Below are positions 53,076-64,000 of a stretch of DNA of 64,000 nt, in pieces; positions within the stretch are counted from its first letter, which is position 1; the number at the start of each line of letters is the position of its first letter. The position numbers were made by a program, and so were the translations under genes. The notes under the pieces were generated by a model. It had not been told where the DNA came from, did not search any database, and saw only the letters and a program-made list of their open reading frames with translations. This DNA comes from an uncultured Gemmatimonadales bacterium (GTDB lineage Bacteria; Gemmatimonadota; Gemmatimonadetes; Gemmatimonadales; Gemmatimonadaceae): positions 800,001 through 864,000 of the forward strand of contig CAWBZV010000002.1 of assembly GCA_963793305.1 (NCBI GenBank), written 5' to 3'.

Positions 53076-53923
53076 TGATCGAACGCGCGGTCGTGATCGG
53101 CGCTGGACAGATGGGCAACGGGATCGCACACACGCTGGCGCTCGCCTCGATCCCCGTCACGATGGTCGATGTGTCCGAGGACGCGCTCGCGCGCGGCCAG
53201 ACGACGATCGGGGCGAATCTGGACCGCCAAGTGAAGAAGGGCACGATCCCTCAGGACGTTCGTGACGCCACGTTCGCCCGCATCGGCGCCTCCACGGACC
53301 TCTCCGCTGCCGGAAACGCCGACATCGTGATCGAGGCCGCGTCGGAGAACGCGGGACTGAAGTTCGAACTGTTCAAGCGCATCGACGACATCGCCCCGCC
53401 ATCGGCGATCCTCGCGTCCAACACGAGCTCGATCTCCATCACCGAGATCGCGGCCAAGACGCGCCGGCCCGCGCAAGTGATCGGGATGCACTTCATGAAC
53501 CCTGTGCCGGTGATGAAGCTGGTGGAAGTCATCCGAGGTCTCGCAACGTCCGACGGCACCACCGCCACGGTCATTGCTCTGGCGAAGCATCTCGGCAAGA
53601 CGCCGGTGGAAGTCCGGGATTACCCGGGCTTCGTGTCGAACCGGGTGCTCATGCCGATGATCAATGAGGCGGTCTATTGCCTCATGGAGGGCGTCGGGAC
53701 GCCGGAAGCGATCGACACCGTCATGACCCTCGGCATGAATCACCCCATGGGTCCCTTGGCGCTCGCCGATCTCATCGGCCTCGACACCTGTGTGTCGATA
53801 CTCAATGTACTGAGAGATGGCCTGGGCGATCCCAAGTATCGCGCCTGTCCGCTCCTCAGAAAGTACGTCGCCGCGGGCTGGCTCGGACGAAAGTCCAAGC
53901 GCGGCTTCTATCAATACGATTGA
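53075..53923 (+). CDS. hbd: 3-hydroxybutyryl-CoA dehydrogenase
   Basis: GAGQMGNGIA, SNTSSISIT, GMHFMNPVP, HPMGPL. Confidence 0.95.
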   Translation: MIERAVVIGAGQMGNGIAHTLALASIPVTMVDVSEDALARGQTTIGANLDRQVKKGTIPQDVRDATFARIGASTDLSAAGNADIVIEAASENAGLKFELFKRIDDIAPPSAILASNTSSISITEIAAKTRRPAQVIGMHFMNPVPVMKLVEVIRGLATSDGTTATVIALAKHLGKTPVEVRDYPGFVSNRVLMPMINEAVYCLMEGVGTPEAIDTVMTLGMNHPMGPLALADLIGLDTCVSILNVLRDGLGDPKYRACPLLRKYVAAGWLGRKSKRGFYQYD

Positions 53924-55080
53924 TGCAAGAGTTCTTGTCTCTCAGCGAGGAGCAGCGCGAGGTGCAGCGTCTCGCGCGCGAGTTCGCGGCCGAATCCCTG
54001 GCGCCGTTCTCCGCCAAGTGGGATCAGGAGGGAGAGCCCGATCCCAACGTCATTCCCCGCCTGGCTGAGTTGGGTTTCTTGGGGATGTTGATCCCGCCGG
54101 AGTACGACGGGCTGGGGGTCGACACGGTGACGTACTTGCTGGCGCTGGAGGAGATCGCGGCCGCCGACGCGTCGACGGCCGTGTTGCTCTCGGTGCACAA
54201 CTCGCTGCCGGTGCAGATGCTCCTGGAGCACGGGACCGAGGCGCAGAGGGAGCGCTTCCTCAAGCCAATGGCGCGCGGCGAGCTCCTCGGCGCCTTCGCG
54301 TTGTCGGAGCCCGACGCCGGGTCGGATGCCGCGGCGCTTCGGACGCAGGCGGTGCGCGATGGCGACTGCTGGGTCCTGAATGGGACGAAAGCCTGGGTCA
54401 CAAACGGGAATCGCGCCGGCGTGATTCTGGCGATGGCAAGGACGGACCAGGGCGAGAATCGGCAGGGCGCGCGGGGGATCTCGGCGTTCGTTATCACGCC
54501 GGACCTGCCGGGATTCCACGTCGGGAAGCTGGAGGACAAGATGGGCCTCCGCGCCTCGCCGACGGTGCAGCTCACGTTCGACAATCTCCGCGTCCCCACG
54601 GATCGGCTGCTTGGAACCGAGGGGGAGGGTCTCGTCTATGCATTAGGGTCGCTGGAGCACGGGCGGCTCGGTATCGCGGCTCAGGCGCTGGGCATCGCCC
54701 GTGCGGCGCTCGAGCACTCGATTCGTTACGCGGGCGAGCGGCGCACTTTTGGGCAGCCGATCCGGGCCCATGGTGCGATTCAGTTCAAGCTGGCGGACAT
54801 GGCGACCCGTTACACAGGCGCGCGGGCGCTCCTGTTCGCCGCGGCCGCGGCCAAGGACCGGGGCGAGCGGGTGACGCAGCTGGGTTCCATGGCCAAGCTG
54901 ACGGCGAGCGAGATGGCGATGTGGCTCACGACACAGGCCGTCCAGGTGTTCGGAGGCTACGGGTACGTGAAAGAGTTTCCGGTCGAGCGGCTATTTCGTG
55001 ATGCGAAGGTGACCGAGATCTACGAGGGGACGTCCGAGATCCAGCGGATCGTGATCGGCCGATCCCTCTATGAAGATTAA
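53923..55080 (+). CDS. Acyl-CoA dehydrogenase (short-chain type)
   Basis: ATG53923 overlaps the hbd stop; [28 protein letters not shown]. Confidence 0.95.
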   Translation: MQEFLSLSEEQREVQRLAREFAAESLAPFSAKWDQEGEPDPNVIPRLAELGFLGMLIPPEYDGLGVDTVTYLLALEEIAAADASTAVLLSVHNSLPVQMLLEHGTEAQRERFLKPMARGELLGAFALSEPDAGSDAAALRTQAVRDGDCWVLNGTKAWVTNGNRAGVILAMARTDQGENRQGARGISAFVITPDLPGFHVGKLEDKMGLRASPTVQLTFDNLRVPTDRLLGTEGEGLVYALGSLEHGRLGIAAQALGIARAALEHSIRYAGERRTFGQPIRAHGAIQFKLADMATRYTGARALLFAAAAAKDRGERVTQLGSMAKLTASEMAMWLTTQAVQVFGGYGYVKEFPVERLFRDAKVTEIYEGTSEIQRIVIGRSLYED

Positions 55081-55109
55081 GAGTGGCGTTGTATGATGGG
55101 GCTATCGTG

Positions 55110-56396
55110 ATGAAATGGTGGAATTGGGACCGCTGCCCGCCGGGCACGGCACTGAATGAGACGGACCCCGAGATCGCGCGGCTCATCGAGCGCGAGATCG
55201 AGCGGCAGTCTGATGGCTTGGAGCTCGTCGCCAGCGAGAATTTCGTCTCGCCGGCGGTGATGGAAGCCATGGGCACGCCGCTGACGAACAAGTACGCCGA
55301 GGGCCTGCCGGGCAAGCGCTACTATGGCGGCTGCGAGTTCGTCGACCAGGTCGAGCAGCTCGCGATCGACCGGGCAAAGTCGCTCTTCCACGCCGAGCAT
55401 GCCAACGTCCAGCCCCATTCCGGCGCGCAAGCCAACCAAGCGGTCTTCTTTGCCCTGTTGAAACCCGGCAATGTGTTCCTGGGCCTGGACCTGTCGCAGG
55501 GTGGCCATCTGACGCATGGCTCCGCGGTGAACTTCTCCGGCATTCTGTACAAGGCCGTGCACTACGGAGTGACGGACGAAGGCTGGATCGACATGGACGC
55601 GGTGCGCGCGCTCGCGCGTGCCAATAATCCACGCATGATCATCGCGGGTGCGAGTGCCTACGGGCGCACGCTCGATTTTCCGGCGTTCGCCGAGATCGCG
55701 AAAGAAGTCGGCGCCTATTTCATGGTGGATATGGCGCACATCGCCGGTCTCGTCGCCGCGGGTGTCCACCCGTCTCCGGTCCCATACGCCAACGTCGTCA
55801 CGACCACGACACACAAGACGCTCCGTGGTCCGCGTGGGGGCCTCATCCTGTCGAGAGAGACCCACGCCAAGGCCATCGACAAAGCGGTCTTCCCGGGTCT
55901 TCAAGGCGGCCCACTGGAGCACGTCATAGCCGCGAAGGCCGTGTCATTGAAAGAAGCGGCAGATCCGGCCTTCGTCGTCTACGCCCGTCAGATTGTCGCC
56001 AACGCGAAAGCGCTCGCGGCCGCATTGGTCGAACACGGGTATCAGATCGTGTCCGGCGGCACTGACACGCACCTGATGCTGGTTGACTTGCGCAACAAGG
56101 GCCTGACGGGGAAGGCGGCTGAGAAGGCGCTCGATCTCGCGGGAATTACCGTCAACAAGAACACGGTCCCGAAGGAGACGCAGTCGCCGTTCGTCACGAG
56201 CGGCATTCGCATCGGCACGCCCGCAGTCACGACGCGGGGATTCAAAGAGCCGGAGATGCGCCGCGTAGCGGGCTTTATCGATCGAGTATTGTTGGCGCCG
56301 ACAGACGAGACCGTGGCGCGCTCGGTGCGCGAGGATGTGCGCGAGCTGACGACCACGTTCCCGCTGTATCCTGTGCCAGAAGGTGTGAGGCAGTAG
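55110..56396 (+). CDS. glyA: Serine hydroxymethyltransferase
   Basis: [33 protein letters not shown]. Confidence 0.98.
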   Translation: MKWWNWDRCPPGTALNETDPEIARLIEREIERQSDGLELVASENFVSPAVMEAMGTPLTNKYAEGLPGKRYYGGCEFVDQVEQLAIDRAKSLFHAEHANVQPHSGAQANQAVFFALLKPGNVFLGLDLSQGGHLTHGSAVNFSGILYKAVHYGVTDEGWIDMDAVRALARANNPRMIIAGASAYGRTLDFPAFAEIAKEVGAYFMVDMAHIAGLVAAGVHPSPVPYANVVTTTTHKTLRGPRGGLILSRETHAKAIDKAVFPGLQGGPLEHVIAAKAVSLKEAADPAFVVYARQIVANAKALAAALVEHGYQIVSGGTDTHLMLVDLRNKGLTGKAAEKALDLAGITVNKNTVPKETQSPFVTSGIRIGTPAVTTRGFKEPEMRRVAGFIDRVLLAPTDETVARSVREDVRELTTTFPLYPVPEGVRQ

Positions 56397-56397
56397 C

Positions 56398-56784
56398 GTG
56401 GCCGAGCTCGCGTTTCGTGACGGGATCATGGACCAGATCCGGCTACGAGAGCGCCGCTTTCATGAGTGCGCCTATCTCTTTGTTCTCTCCGCGCTCGAGT
56501 TCTGTCAGGCGCGGTTGACTGAGCGGCGCCACATCACCGGTCGCGAGCTGGCGATCGCATGCCGCGATCTCGCGCTCGACCGCTACGGTGTGTTGGCGCG
56601 GCTCGTGCTGAACTACTGGGGTGTCCGTTCGACGGGCGACCTGGGCGACATTGTGTTCACGCTCGTCGAGCTGAACTTGCTGATCAGTCAGCCCACGGAC
56701 ACGCGCGATGATTTTCTCGCCGTCTTCGATTTCGACGAGGCGTTCGAGCAGAACTATCCGTGGAACGCCGCCCAGCGGGCGTAG
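56398..56784 (+). CDS. Minf_1886 family protein
   Basis: AYLFV..AL...RHITGREL...YG.LA..VL..WGV..T.D.G.IVF.LV. Confidence 0.8.
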   Translation: MAELAFRDGIMDQIRLRERRFHECAYLFVLSALEFCQARLTERRHITGRELAIACRDLALDRYGVLARLVLNYWGVRSTGDLGDIVFTLVELNLLISQPTDTRDDFLAVFDFDEAFEQNYPWNAAQRA

Positions 56785-58313
56785 CCGTCACGACGGCTGC
56801 TGAGAGCGCCGAACACGATTCCAAGGCAATCGCGGGCGGCATACCGTCCCGTGCGCTCATGCGAGCCGCCGGTCTCGCGGCCGCGGCTGAGATCATCCGC
56901 CGCTATCCCGTTCGCGCGTCGCGCGGTGTGTCCGTCTTCGCCGGCCCGGGGAACAACGGCGGCGATGCGTGGGTGGTGGCGGGGGCTCTCGCGCGCGCGG
57001 GTATTTCCGTTCGTGTCACCGAAGTCATGCCGCCGCGCACGCCGGACGCCGAGGCGGAGCGTGCCGCTGCCGTGTCGTTGGTATCGGTCGGCCGACCGTT
57101 GGGCTTTGAGCGTCTCATCGTCGATGGCCTGCTCGGGACCAGCAGCACGGGAGCGCCACGCTCGCCTATCGCCGAGGCAATCGACTCGATCGCCGCGCGC
57201 CGCGCAGCGGGCGCGCTCGTTGTCGCCCTCGACATCCCGAGCGGTGTCGACGCCACGACTGGTGCTGCGGAGCACGCGGTAGGAGCGGATCTCACGCTGA
57301 CATTCGGCACGATGAAGACGGGCTTACTTGTCGCACGCGGATCCGCTGGCCGCGTAGCGGTGCTCGACATCGCCTTGCCGCTGCGCGACGGCGGTCCGAC
57401 GCTCGTCGATGCCCCATGGGTCCGCCTGCATACGCCGGCGATCGCGGCTGACGCGAACAAGGGTACGCGCCGTCGACTCGCGATCGTCGCCGGTGGGCCA
57501 TCGATGATGGGCGCTGCCGTACTTGCCGCGCGCGCCGCGCATGCGAGCGGAGTTGGGCTCGTGCGTCTTTTCGTGGCGCCGGAGAACGTGTCGGTCGCGC
57601 AGACGATCGCGCCGGAGTCGCTGGCGTTTCCGTGGCCCACGGACGACGCGACAGTGGACCGCGAGATTACCGGGTACGCCCACGCGGTCCTCATCGGTCC
57701 TGGGCTGGGCACCACCGACGCCGCGCGCGCAGTGCTGGCACGCGTGCTTTCGCGTTGGCATGGTCCGACGGTTGTCGATGCCGATGCGCTGAATATTTAC
57801 GCCGGTCGGGTAAGCGAGCTGGCTACCGCACTCGGAGGCCGCCCGGCGTTGCTCACGCCACACCCGGCCGAGTTCGGCCGCCTGGTCGGACGTACGGTCG
57901 ATCAGGTGCTCGCCGAGCGCTTTCAGACAGGCGCTACTCTGGCGCGTAACCTCGGCGCAGGGACGACGGTGCTGCTCAAGGGCGTGCCGACGGTCATCTC
58001 GTCGGCCTCGGGCGATCGCATCGTGAGCGCCGCCGGCACGCCAGCGCTTGCGACGGGTGGCAGCGGCGACCTCCTCGCCGGGATAGCGGGCACGTTGCTC
58101 GCCCAGACGGAAGATCCATTCACGAGCGCCGGCATCGCTGCCTGGATCCACGGGACGGCGGCCGAGATCGCCAACGCCGATCGCACCACGCGCGCGGTCA
58201 CACTCGACGACGTTGCGGCATCCCTCAGCGGTGCGTGGGAGCGAGCGTTCTCGCCGCAGGTGCCGAGCTACCCGGTTCTCGCCGAGCTTCCGTCGGTCGG
58301 CGATCACTTGTGA
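56760..58313 (+). CDS. nnr: Bifunctional NAD(P)H-hydrate epimerase/dehydratase
   Basis: GPGNNGGD, DGLLGT, DIPSG; GPGLG, DADAL, TPHPAEF, GGSGDLLAG. Confidence 0.95.
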   Translation: MERRPAGVAVTTAAESAEHDSKAIAGGIPSRALMRAAGLAAAAEIIRRYPVRASRGVSVFAGPGNNGGDAWVVAGALARAGISVRVTEVMPPRTPDAEAERAAAVSLVSVGRPLGFERLIVDGLLGTSSTGAPRSPIAEAIDSIAARRAAGALVVALDIPSGVDATTGAAEHAVGADLTLTFGTMKTGLLVARGSAGRVAVLDIALPLRDGGPTLVDAPWVRLHTPAIAADANKGTRRRLAIVAGGPSMMGAAVLAARAAHASGVGLVRLFVAPENVSVAQTIAPESLAFPWPTDDATVDREITGYAHAVLIGPGLGTTDAARAVLARVLSRWHGPTVVDADALNIYAGRVSELATALGGRPALLTPHPAEFGRLVGRTVDQVLAERFQTGATLARNLGAGTTVLLKGVPTVISSASGDRIVSAAGTPALATGGSGDLLAGIAGTLLAQTEDPFTSAGIAAWIHGTAAEIANADRTTRAVTLDDVAASLSGAWERAFSPQVPSYPVLAELPSVGDHL

Positions 58314-59233
58314 GTGAGTTTGATGTAATCCGTACCATGCTGGCCCGTTGGGGGCAGTCGGCGGTGGGGATCGGCGGCGATGCCGCGGAGCTCGTGGTGC
58401 CGGACGGCCAACGACTGCTGGTGAGCACAGACACGAGCGTCGAAGGCGTCCACTTTCGTCGCGACTGGCTGTCGCCGACCGAGATAGGTTATCGCGCGAC
58501 GGCCGCCGCCTTGAGCGATCTCGCAGCCGTCGCTGCCACACCGCTCGCTCTCCTCTTGGCGCTCACGCTGCCCGATTCGTGGCTCGCGGCCGTGCCCGAC
58601 ATTGCGAGTGGCGTTGGCGAAGCCGCGCGCGCAGCGCGCGCTCATATAGTAGGCGGCGATGTCGTTCGCGGAGACGCACTGTCGCTCACGATCACAGTGC
58701 TCGGCGTCGCCGCTCACCCCTGGTCGCGCGCCGCTGCCCGTCCCGGCGGCCGAGTCTACGTCACCGGCGTGCTCGGCGGCCCCTCGGTCGCACTGCGTTC
58801 GCTGTCCGCGGGTCGTACCCCGGACCCAACATTGCGCATGCGTTTCGCGCACCCGGAGGCGCGCCTATTGGAGTCGCGCTGGCTCGCGAATCACGGCGTC
58901 GTTGCCGCGATCGACATCTCCGATGGGTTGGTCGCAGACGCTCGCCACATTGCCGCCGCCAGCCATGTCCAACTCACGCTCGACTTGTCTCACCTGCCGC
59001 ACGTCGATGGCATTGAGCCACTCGACGCCGCAGCGTCGGGCGAGGAATACGAACTCCTGGTTGTCACTCGCCCGGATGCCGAGCTCGACGCAGCGGCATT
59101 CACTCGCGCTTTCGGCCTTCCACTGACCGAGATCGGCACGGTCGACGCCGACGAGGCGGAGGGCCGCGTCGAGGTAACGCTCGGCAGTACCCGCGTTGAC
59201 CCGCCTGGTGGCTACGATCACTTTTCAAGTTGA
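58310..59233 (+). CDS. thiL: Thiamine-monophosphate kinase
   Basis: GTG58310 SEFDVI, VSTD..VEGVHF, LSDLAA, GGD, IDISDGL, GEEYEL. Confidence 0.93.
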   Translation: MSEFDVIRTMLARWGQSAVGIGGDAAELVVPDGQRLLVSTDTSVEGVHFRRDWLSPTEIGYRATAAALSDLAAVAATPLALLLALTLPDSWLAAVPDIASGVGEAARAARAHIVGGDVVRGDALSLTITVLGVAAHPWSRAAARPGGRVYVTGVLGGPSVALRSLSAGRTPDPTLRMRFAHPEARLLESRWLANHGVVAAIDISDGLVADARHIAAASHVQLTLDLSHLPHVDGIEPLDAAASGEEYELLVVTRPDAELDAAAFTRAFGLPLTEIGTVDADEAEGRVEVTLGSTRVDPPGGYDHFSS

Positions 59234-60012
59234 TGGCCTGGATCCGAACGCTGTGCGTCGCCGCCGTTATAGTCGTTCTGACGCCGCCCTACGCGGCGTT
59301 AGCCGTCATTGCCGCGGCCTTGGGCGTCAAGGACCGCCCTGGCGGGGTCTACGACTGGATCGCGCATACGTGGACACTCGCGATCGTCTCCGCCGCCGGG
59401 ATCCGCGTTCGCGTGCATGGCGCCGAGCGCCTCGCCGAGTCGAGGACGGCCCCGCGGATTTTCGCGTCGAACCATGTGAGCTGGTTCGACGTGTTTGTGT
59501 TGGGGTCGATCCTCCCGCGTTTCGCGTTCGTGGCGAAGGCGGAGATCCTCAAAATTCCGATCTTCGGCCCCGGCGCGCGCGCGATCGGCACGGTGCCGAT
59601 CGACCGCAACAATCGGAAGTCCGCGTTTGCATCGTACGAAGAAGCGGCCACCCGGATCGCCCGGGGGCGCTCGGTGATCGTGTTTCCCGAGGGGACGCGC
59701 GGCACCGCGTATCCGCTTCGTCCGTTCAAAAAGGGGCCGTTCGTACTGGCCATCGCGGCGCAGGCGTCGGTCGTGCCGACGGTTGTGTACGGGACCCTGC
59801 CGATCTTTCCGCGTGACGCGTACCGCATGCAGACGGGTGGCGGGGTCGTCGACGTCGAATTTCTCGAGCCGGTGCCGACTGAGGGGCTGGATTACGAGGC
59901 GCGTGACGCGTTGAGCCAAACGGTCTACGACCGTATGGCGGAAGCGCTCGCCAGGCATGGTGTCGAGCCCCTGTCGGTCACCGCGCCTCGGGTCATGACG
60001 CCCGACGATTGA
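59233..60012 (+). CDS. plsC: 1-acyl-sn-glycerol-3-phosphate acyltransferase
   Basis: NHVSWFD, FVAK, IDR, FPEGTR, PFKKG. Confidence 0.92.
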   Translation: MAWIRTLCVAAVIVVLTPPYAALAVIAAALGVKDRPGGVYDWIAHTWTLAIVSAAGIRVRVHGAERLAESRTAPRIFASNHVSWFDVFVLGSILPRFAFVAKAEILKIPIFGPGARAIGTVPIDRNNRKSAFASYEEAATRIARGRSVIVFPEGTRGTAYPLRPFKKGPFVLAIAAQASVVPTVVYGTLPIFPRDAYRMQTGGGVVDVEFLEPVPTEGLDYEARDALSQTVYDRMAEALARHGVEPLSVTAPRVMTPDD

Positions 60013-60020
60013 CCGGCTAG

Positions 60021-61319
<1,299 letters not shown>

Positions 61320-61322
61320 CTG

Positions 61323-61634
61323 ATGCTCGCGCGCGTGGGCTGGGGATTCGCGGCGCTGGTCGTGCTGCTCTACGCGATCGAGGGTGGCGAGTACGGCACC
61401 TCGGACCTCATTCACCTGCATTCGCGCCACCGCGCCCTCGTGGCGCGGATCGACTCGCTGCAGCATCGCATCGACTCCTTGTCCACGCTCGCGCACGCCA
61501 TCGAGACCGATCCCGCGGTGCAGGAGCGTATCGCGCGAGAAGAGTTCGGCATGGTACGCGGTGCAAAGGAGTTGCTCTACCGGTTCGCGCCGCCCTCAGT
61601 GCACGAGATGCCGCACGACCACGAACTCCGGTAG
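61323..61634 (+). CDS. ftsB: Septum formation initiator (FtsB/DivIC)
   Basis: TM plus coiled coil, ERIAREEFGMV; typical position after eno. Confidence 0.88.
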   Translation: MLARVGWGFAALVVLLYAIEGGEYGTSDLIHLHSRHRALVARIDSLQHRIDSLSTLAHAIETDPAVQERIAREEFGMVRGAKELLYRFAPPSVHEMPHDHELR

Positions 61635-62057
61635 ATAGAAGGGCGGCAACTCGTCATCGGGCAGATCCTTGATGCGCCGGATGAATTCCCGGAAGCCGCG
61701 CGCGTACATGTTCCCGTCGGTCGTGATGATATCGTATTCGTTCATCGCGGCGTGCTCGAACACGGCGCGGTCGGCGCGTGGGACGAGGTGTGGTTGCCAC
61801 GCCAACTTGCGCGGGCCGGCGGCGAACGAGTTGAGATATTTGTCGAACCCGATGACGCGCTTGGTGACGTCTTTCCGGATATGGAATCGCCCGAGCACGG
61901 CGTCCGGTGCGGGATTGCACTCGTCGAGGACTTCCTGGATCGTGAACAGCGATCCGGGGTGGGCGCGAAGCGCCATATGCATGGAGCCGTCGCGTGCCGC
62001 GAGCTCCTTGCCGAGTCCCTGCAGGACTCCGGCGTCGATCATGTATTGCGTGCCCAT
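61596..62057 (-). CDS. Probable PIN-domain (VapC-like fold) protein
   Basis: GAGGG RBS; four spaced acidic motifs: YMID, QEVLDE, ADRAVFEHA, IITTD. Confidence 0.6.
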   Translation of the reverse strand: MGTQYMIDAGVLQGLGKELAARDGSMHMALRAHPGSLFTIQEVLDECNPAPDAVLGRFHIRKDVTKRVIGFDKYLNSFAAGPRKLAWQPHLVPRADRAVFEHAAMNEYDIITTDGNMYARGFREFIRRIKDLPDDELPPFYLPEFVVVRHLVH

Positions 62058-62132
62058 GTGCCCTCGCACTCGGTGACTGGGCCAATGTATATGGCAGGGC
62101 TCAACTTGAACGCTCTGGCACGTTGAGTTCCC

Positions 62133-62160
62133 TTGACTTCATGTAACACCCCAGTACCTT
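62133..62160 (+). promoter_or_regulatory. Putative sigma70 promoter of tRNA-fMet
   Basis: TTGACT-16 nt-TACCTT, 12 nt upstream of the tRNA. Confidence 0.5.
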
Positions 62161-62172
62161 TGACCACACTGA

Positions 62173-62246
<74 letters not shown>

Positions 62247-62260
62247 TGGTCCTTGAATAC

Positions 62261-62302
62261 GAATCCGCGCGGCTAACTCACTTGAGTTGGTCGCGCGGAT
62301 TT
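62261..62302. repeat. Long hairpin 3' of tRNA-fMet (terminator or att-associated)
   Basis: GAATCCGCGCGGCTAACTC-ACTT-GAGTTGGTCGCGCGGATTT, a 19-bp stem with G-U pairs. Confidence 0.75.
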
Positions 62303-62669
62303 GCATTGGGTGTCAGCAGGTACGGTCGGGGTTGCGCTTTGTACCGCAAAGGAAGGCGAATGCCGCGCGATCCCTCGTCGTCCGGGGCACGTAACGCGAC
62401 GATTGCCGCCTGGGTGTCGGAGACGCGGATAGGTGGATCGTCATTGGTACCGTTCCGCATATCAGCCGCTGCGTTCTTGGACGTTGCGGCTTTGTTCACC
62501 GCAAGCCGCCGCCGCCACGGCATTGGCGGTGCTCGCGGACGGGCGGCCATTCGTGCCTTCGCCGCGAGTGCATTAGCATTGGCAGTGTCATGGTATGTGG
62601 AGGTGACTAGCCGTCCAACTGACTGCGTCAGGTGGCACGTGCTCCGGTACCAAGAGCGCGCCCCGCCCT

Positions 62670-62930
62670 CTACGTGCGCTTACGACGTTGTTTCGTCGAA
62701 GGGGTTGGCTTCTTCTTCTCTGGTCCTGACGCGACCGGGGTCACATCAAATGGTCCGAGCCGCCCGCGCTCTGCCAGCCATGCATACTCGACCGGATGCC
62801 GATTGCGACGCATGCCCCCGAGGTCGATCCGACTGGCGGCTTTCTGGACCGCATCACGGACGCTCGCCCAACGAGCCTCGAGCTCCCGAAGGTCCCACGT
62901 CTTATAGTCGGTTGGATTGATCTTGGTCAT
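62670..62930 (-). CDS. Small basic hypothetical protein coupled to the nucleotidyltransferase
   Basis: ATGA overlap with the upstream stop; 86 aa, Lys/Arg-rich tail. Confidence 0.6.
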   Translation of the reverse strand: MTKINPTDYKTWDLRELEARWASVRDAVQKAASRIDLGGMRRNRHPVEYAWLAERGRLGPFDVTPVASGPEKKKPTPSTKQRRKRT

Positions 62931-63673
62931 TGGGGCGGCCCACGCCGGCGAGTTGGTTTCTTCTGTAGGGTCGCATCGGTGCCCTGATGTCGCAACTCCG
63001 GCGGTCGTCTACGCAACTGCTCACGGGCCTCGATGAGCGCCTCGTCGGTGACAGTCGCCTCGGGCCTGTCAGCGAATGCGCGGAGCACTTCGTACGCCGC
63101 CGCCGCCCGCTCGCGGCGCAGCAGATCTGCCAGTAGGGCCTGATCGATCCGATCTCCAAGGGCCTGGAGCAGGAGAATCGCCTGCTTGGCATGAGGCAGG
63201 TTGCCTGTCTGATCGTACTCGACGATGCGTCCGACGATGACGGCTTCCTTCACCACGACCCGCAGTCGATACGGTCCGACCTGAGTCTCTTCCACTGGAT
63301 CTTCCAGCAGACTACCAGGCACCTCGACGAATATATCCTCGCGAGCCCAGTGTCGCGCGGGCAGTTTCTTGAACCCCAACGCCCCAAACACAGGATCGAG
63401 CACGAGGCGCGGGGACGACTTCACCAGGGGCTCGACGACGAGGTCGATGTCCTCCGTCTCGTAGGCGCCGGGCGCGTAGAACTCGATCGCACCGCCACCC
63501 ACCAACGTGGCACGACACTCATATCGGCGGAACGCCTCCGACAGCAAGGCTGTGATCAGCACGAGACGCCTGGCGTGCTGAGTGTCGTCCTGGAGCTTCG
63601 GATCCGCGGCAATGGCGTCCAGGGTCTGCCGCAGGTCTGACAGGTCGATATCGGTCATCGCGCAGCGCAGCAA
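62927..63673 (-). CDS. Pol-beta superfamily nucleotidyltransferase (DUF6036/AbiEii-like)
   Basis: TLVGGGAIEFY...ETEDIDLVV (GG..A + DxD); helical C-terminus. Start is probably ATG63658. Confidence 0.8.
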   Translation of the reverse strand: MLRCAMTDIDLSDLRQTLDAIAADPKLQDDTQHARRLVLITALLSEAFRRYECRATLVGGGAIEFYAPGAYETEDIDLVVEPLVKSSPRLVLDPVFGALGFKKLPARHWAREDIFVEVPGSLLEDPVEETQVGPYRLRVVVKEAVIVGRIVEYDQTGNLPHAKQAILLLQALGDRIDQALLADLLRRERAAAAYEVLRAFADRPEATVTDEALIEAREQLRRRPPELRHQGTDATLQKKPTRRRGPPQ

Positions 63674-63903
63674 CGTCCGGGCATAGGCAAACAGTACCAG
63701 CCCGCGTCAGTCGAGTCTAGTCGCGCTGCGGGTTTCTCGGGATGCGCTGGCGAAATCCCGATCGGCAACCCGAGCGAGAAGATCCGTCGGCCTTATGCCC
63801 AATTCTATATCTGGTCCTTTGTTCTTCGAGCGCCCTCAATACAGCGCCACACCGCTCTCGGGCGTGTCGACCCGAGAGCACCCCAACGTCATTCGGACGG
63901 TCC

Positions 63904-64000
63904 CTACGGAGCAGGTCGCCACCATTGCAGCACGCGCAGGGCATTCCCAAAGCATATCTGATCGGCCGGACCCTGATGATAGTGCGCGATGAGTCGCTTG
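63904..64000 (-). CDS. C-terminal end of a probable membrane dipeptidase/amidohydrolase (partial, enters from the right edge)
   Basis: KRLIAHYHQGPADQICFGNALRVLQWWRPAP*; GNALRVL is typical of M19/amidohydrolase C-termini. Confidence 0.45.
   Translation of the reverse strand, partial: KRLIAHYHQGPADQICFGNALRVLQWWRPAP

Noticed and set aside
58367..58387. ThiL GIGGDAA instead of GIGDDAA as an inactivating change
   Set aside because: The second Asp and the other metal-binding motifs are retained; a single substitution is not enough evidence.

Overview
High-GC bacterial chromosomal window. Gene content and order suggest Gemmatimonadota (inference). The left half (1-~30 kb) is accessory: regulator/transporter modules, tRNA-Ser(TGA), a decayed BrnT/BrnA toxin-antitoxin pair and a CadC-like/PD40 sensor cluster. 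It also holds the most unusual locus, a tightly coupled four-gene + strand operon at 20362-25080: a 4-TM protein, an unknown 192-aa protein, a divergent GroEL paralog and an Ig-like/beta-propeller lipoprotein. The GroEL paralog has GDGTTT changed to GNGTST, a ~90-aa insertion, no GGM tail, no adjacent groES, and a near-canonical apical domain. The right half is mostly housekeeping: pxpABC, pitA, DUF2723, purH, tandem M42 peptidase, gmhB/purN, selA, valS, thrS, thiolase-hbd-ACAD, glyA, nnr, thiL, plsC, eno and ftsB. It ends with an initiator tRNA-Met flanked by a solo PIN-domain gene and a nucleotidyltransferase/small-protein pair. At least six genes carry apparent single-base (+1) insertions, three of them in the same GAC[G]TTC context. 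This suggests systematic long-read sequencing errors rather than true pseudogenes. No CRISPR array, rRNA or intact integrase/transposase was seen. All calls come from reading the sequence; no database searches were run.
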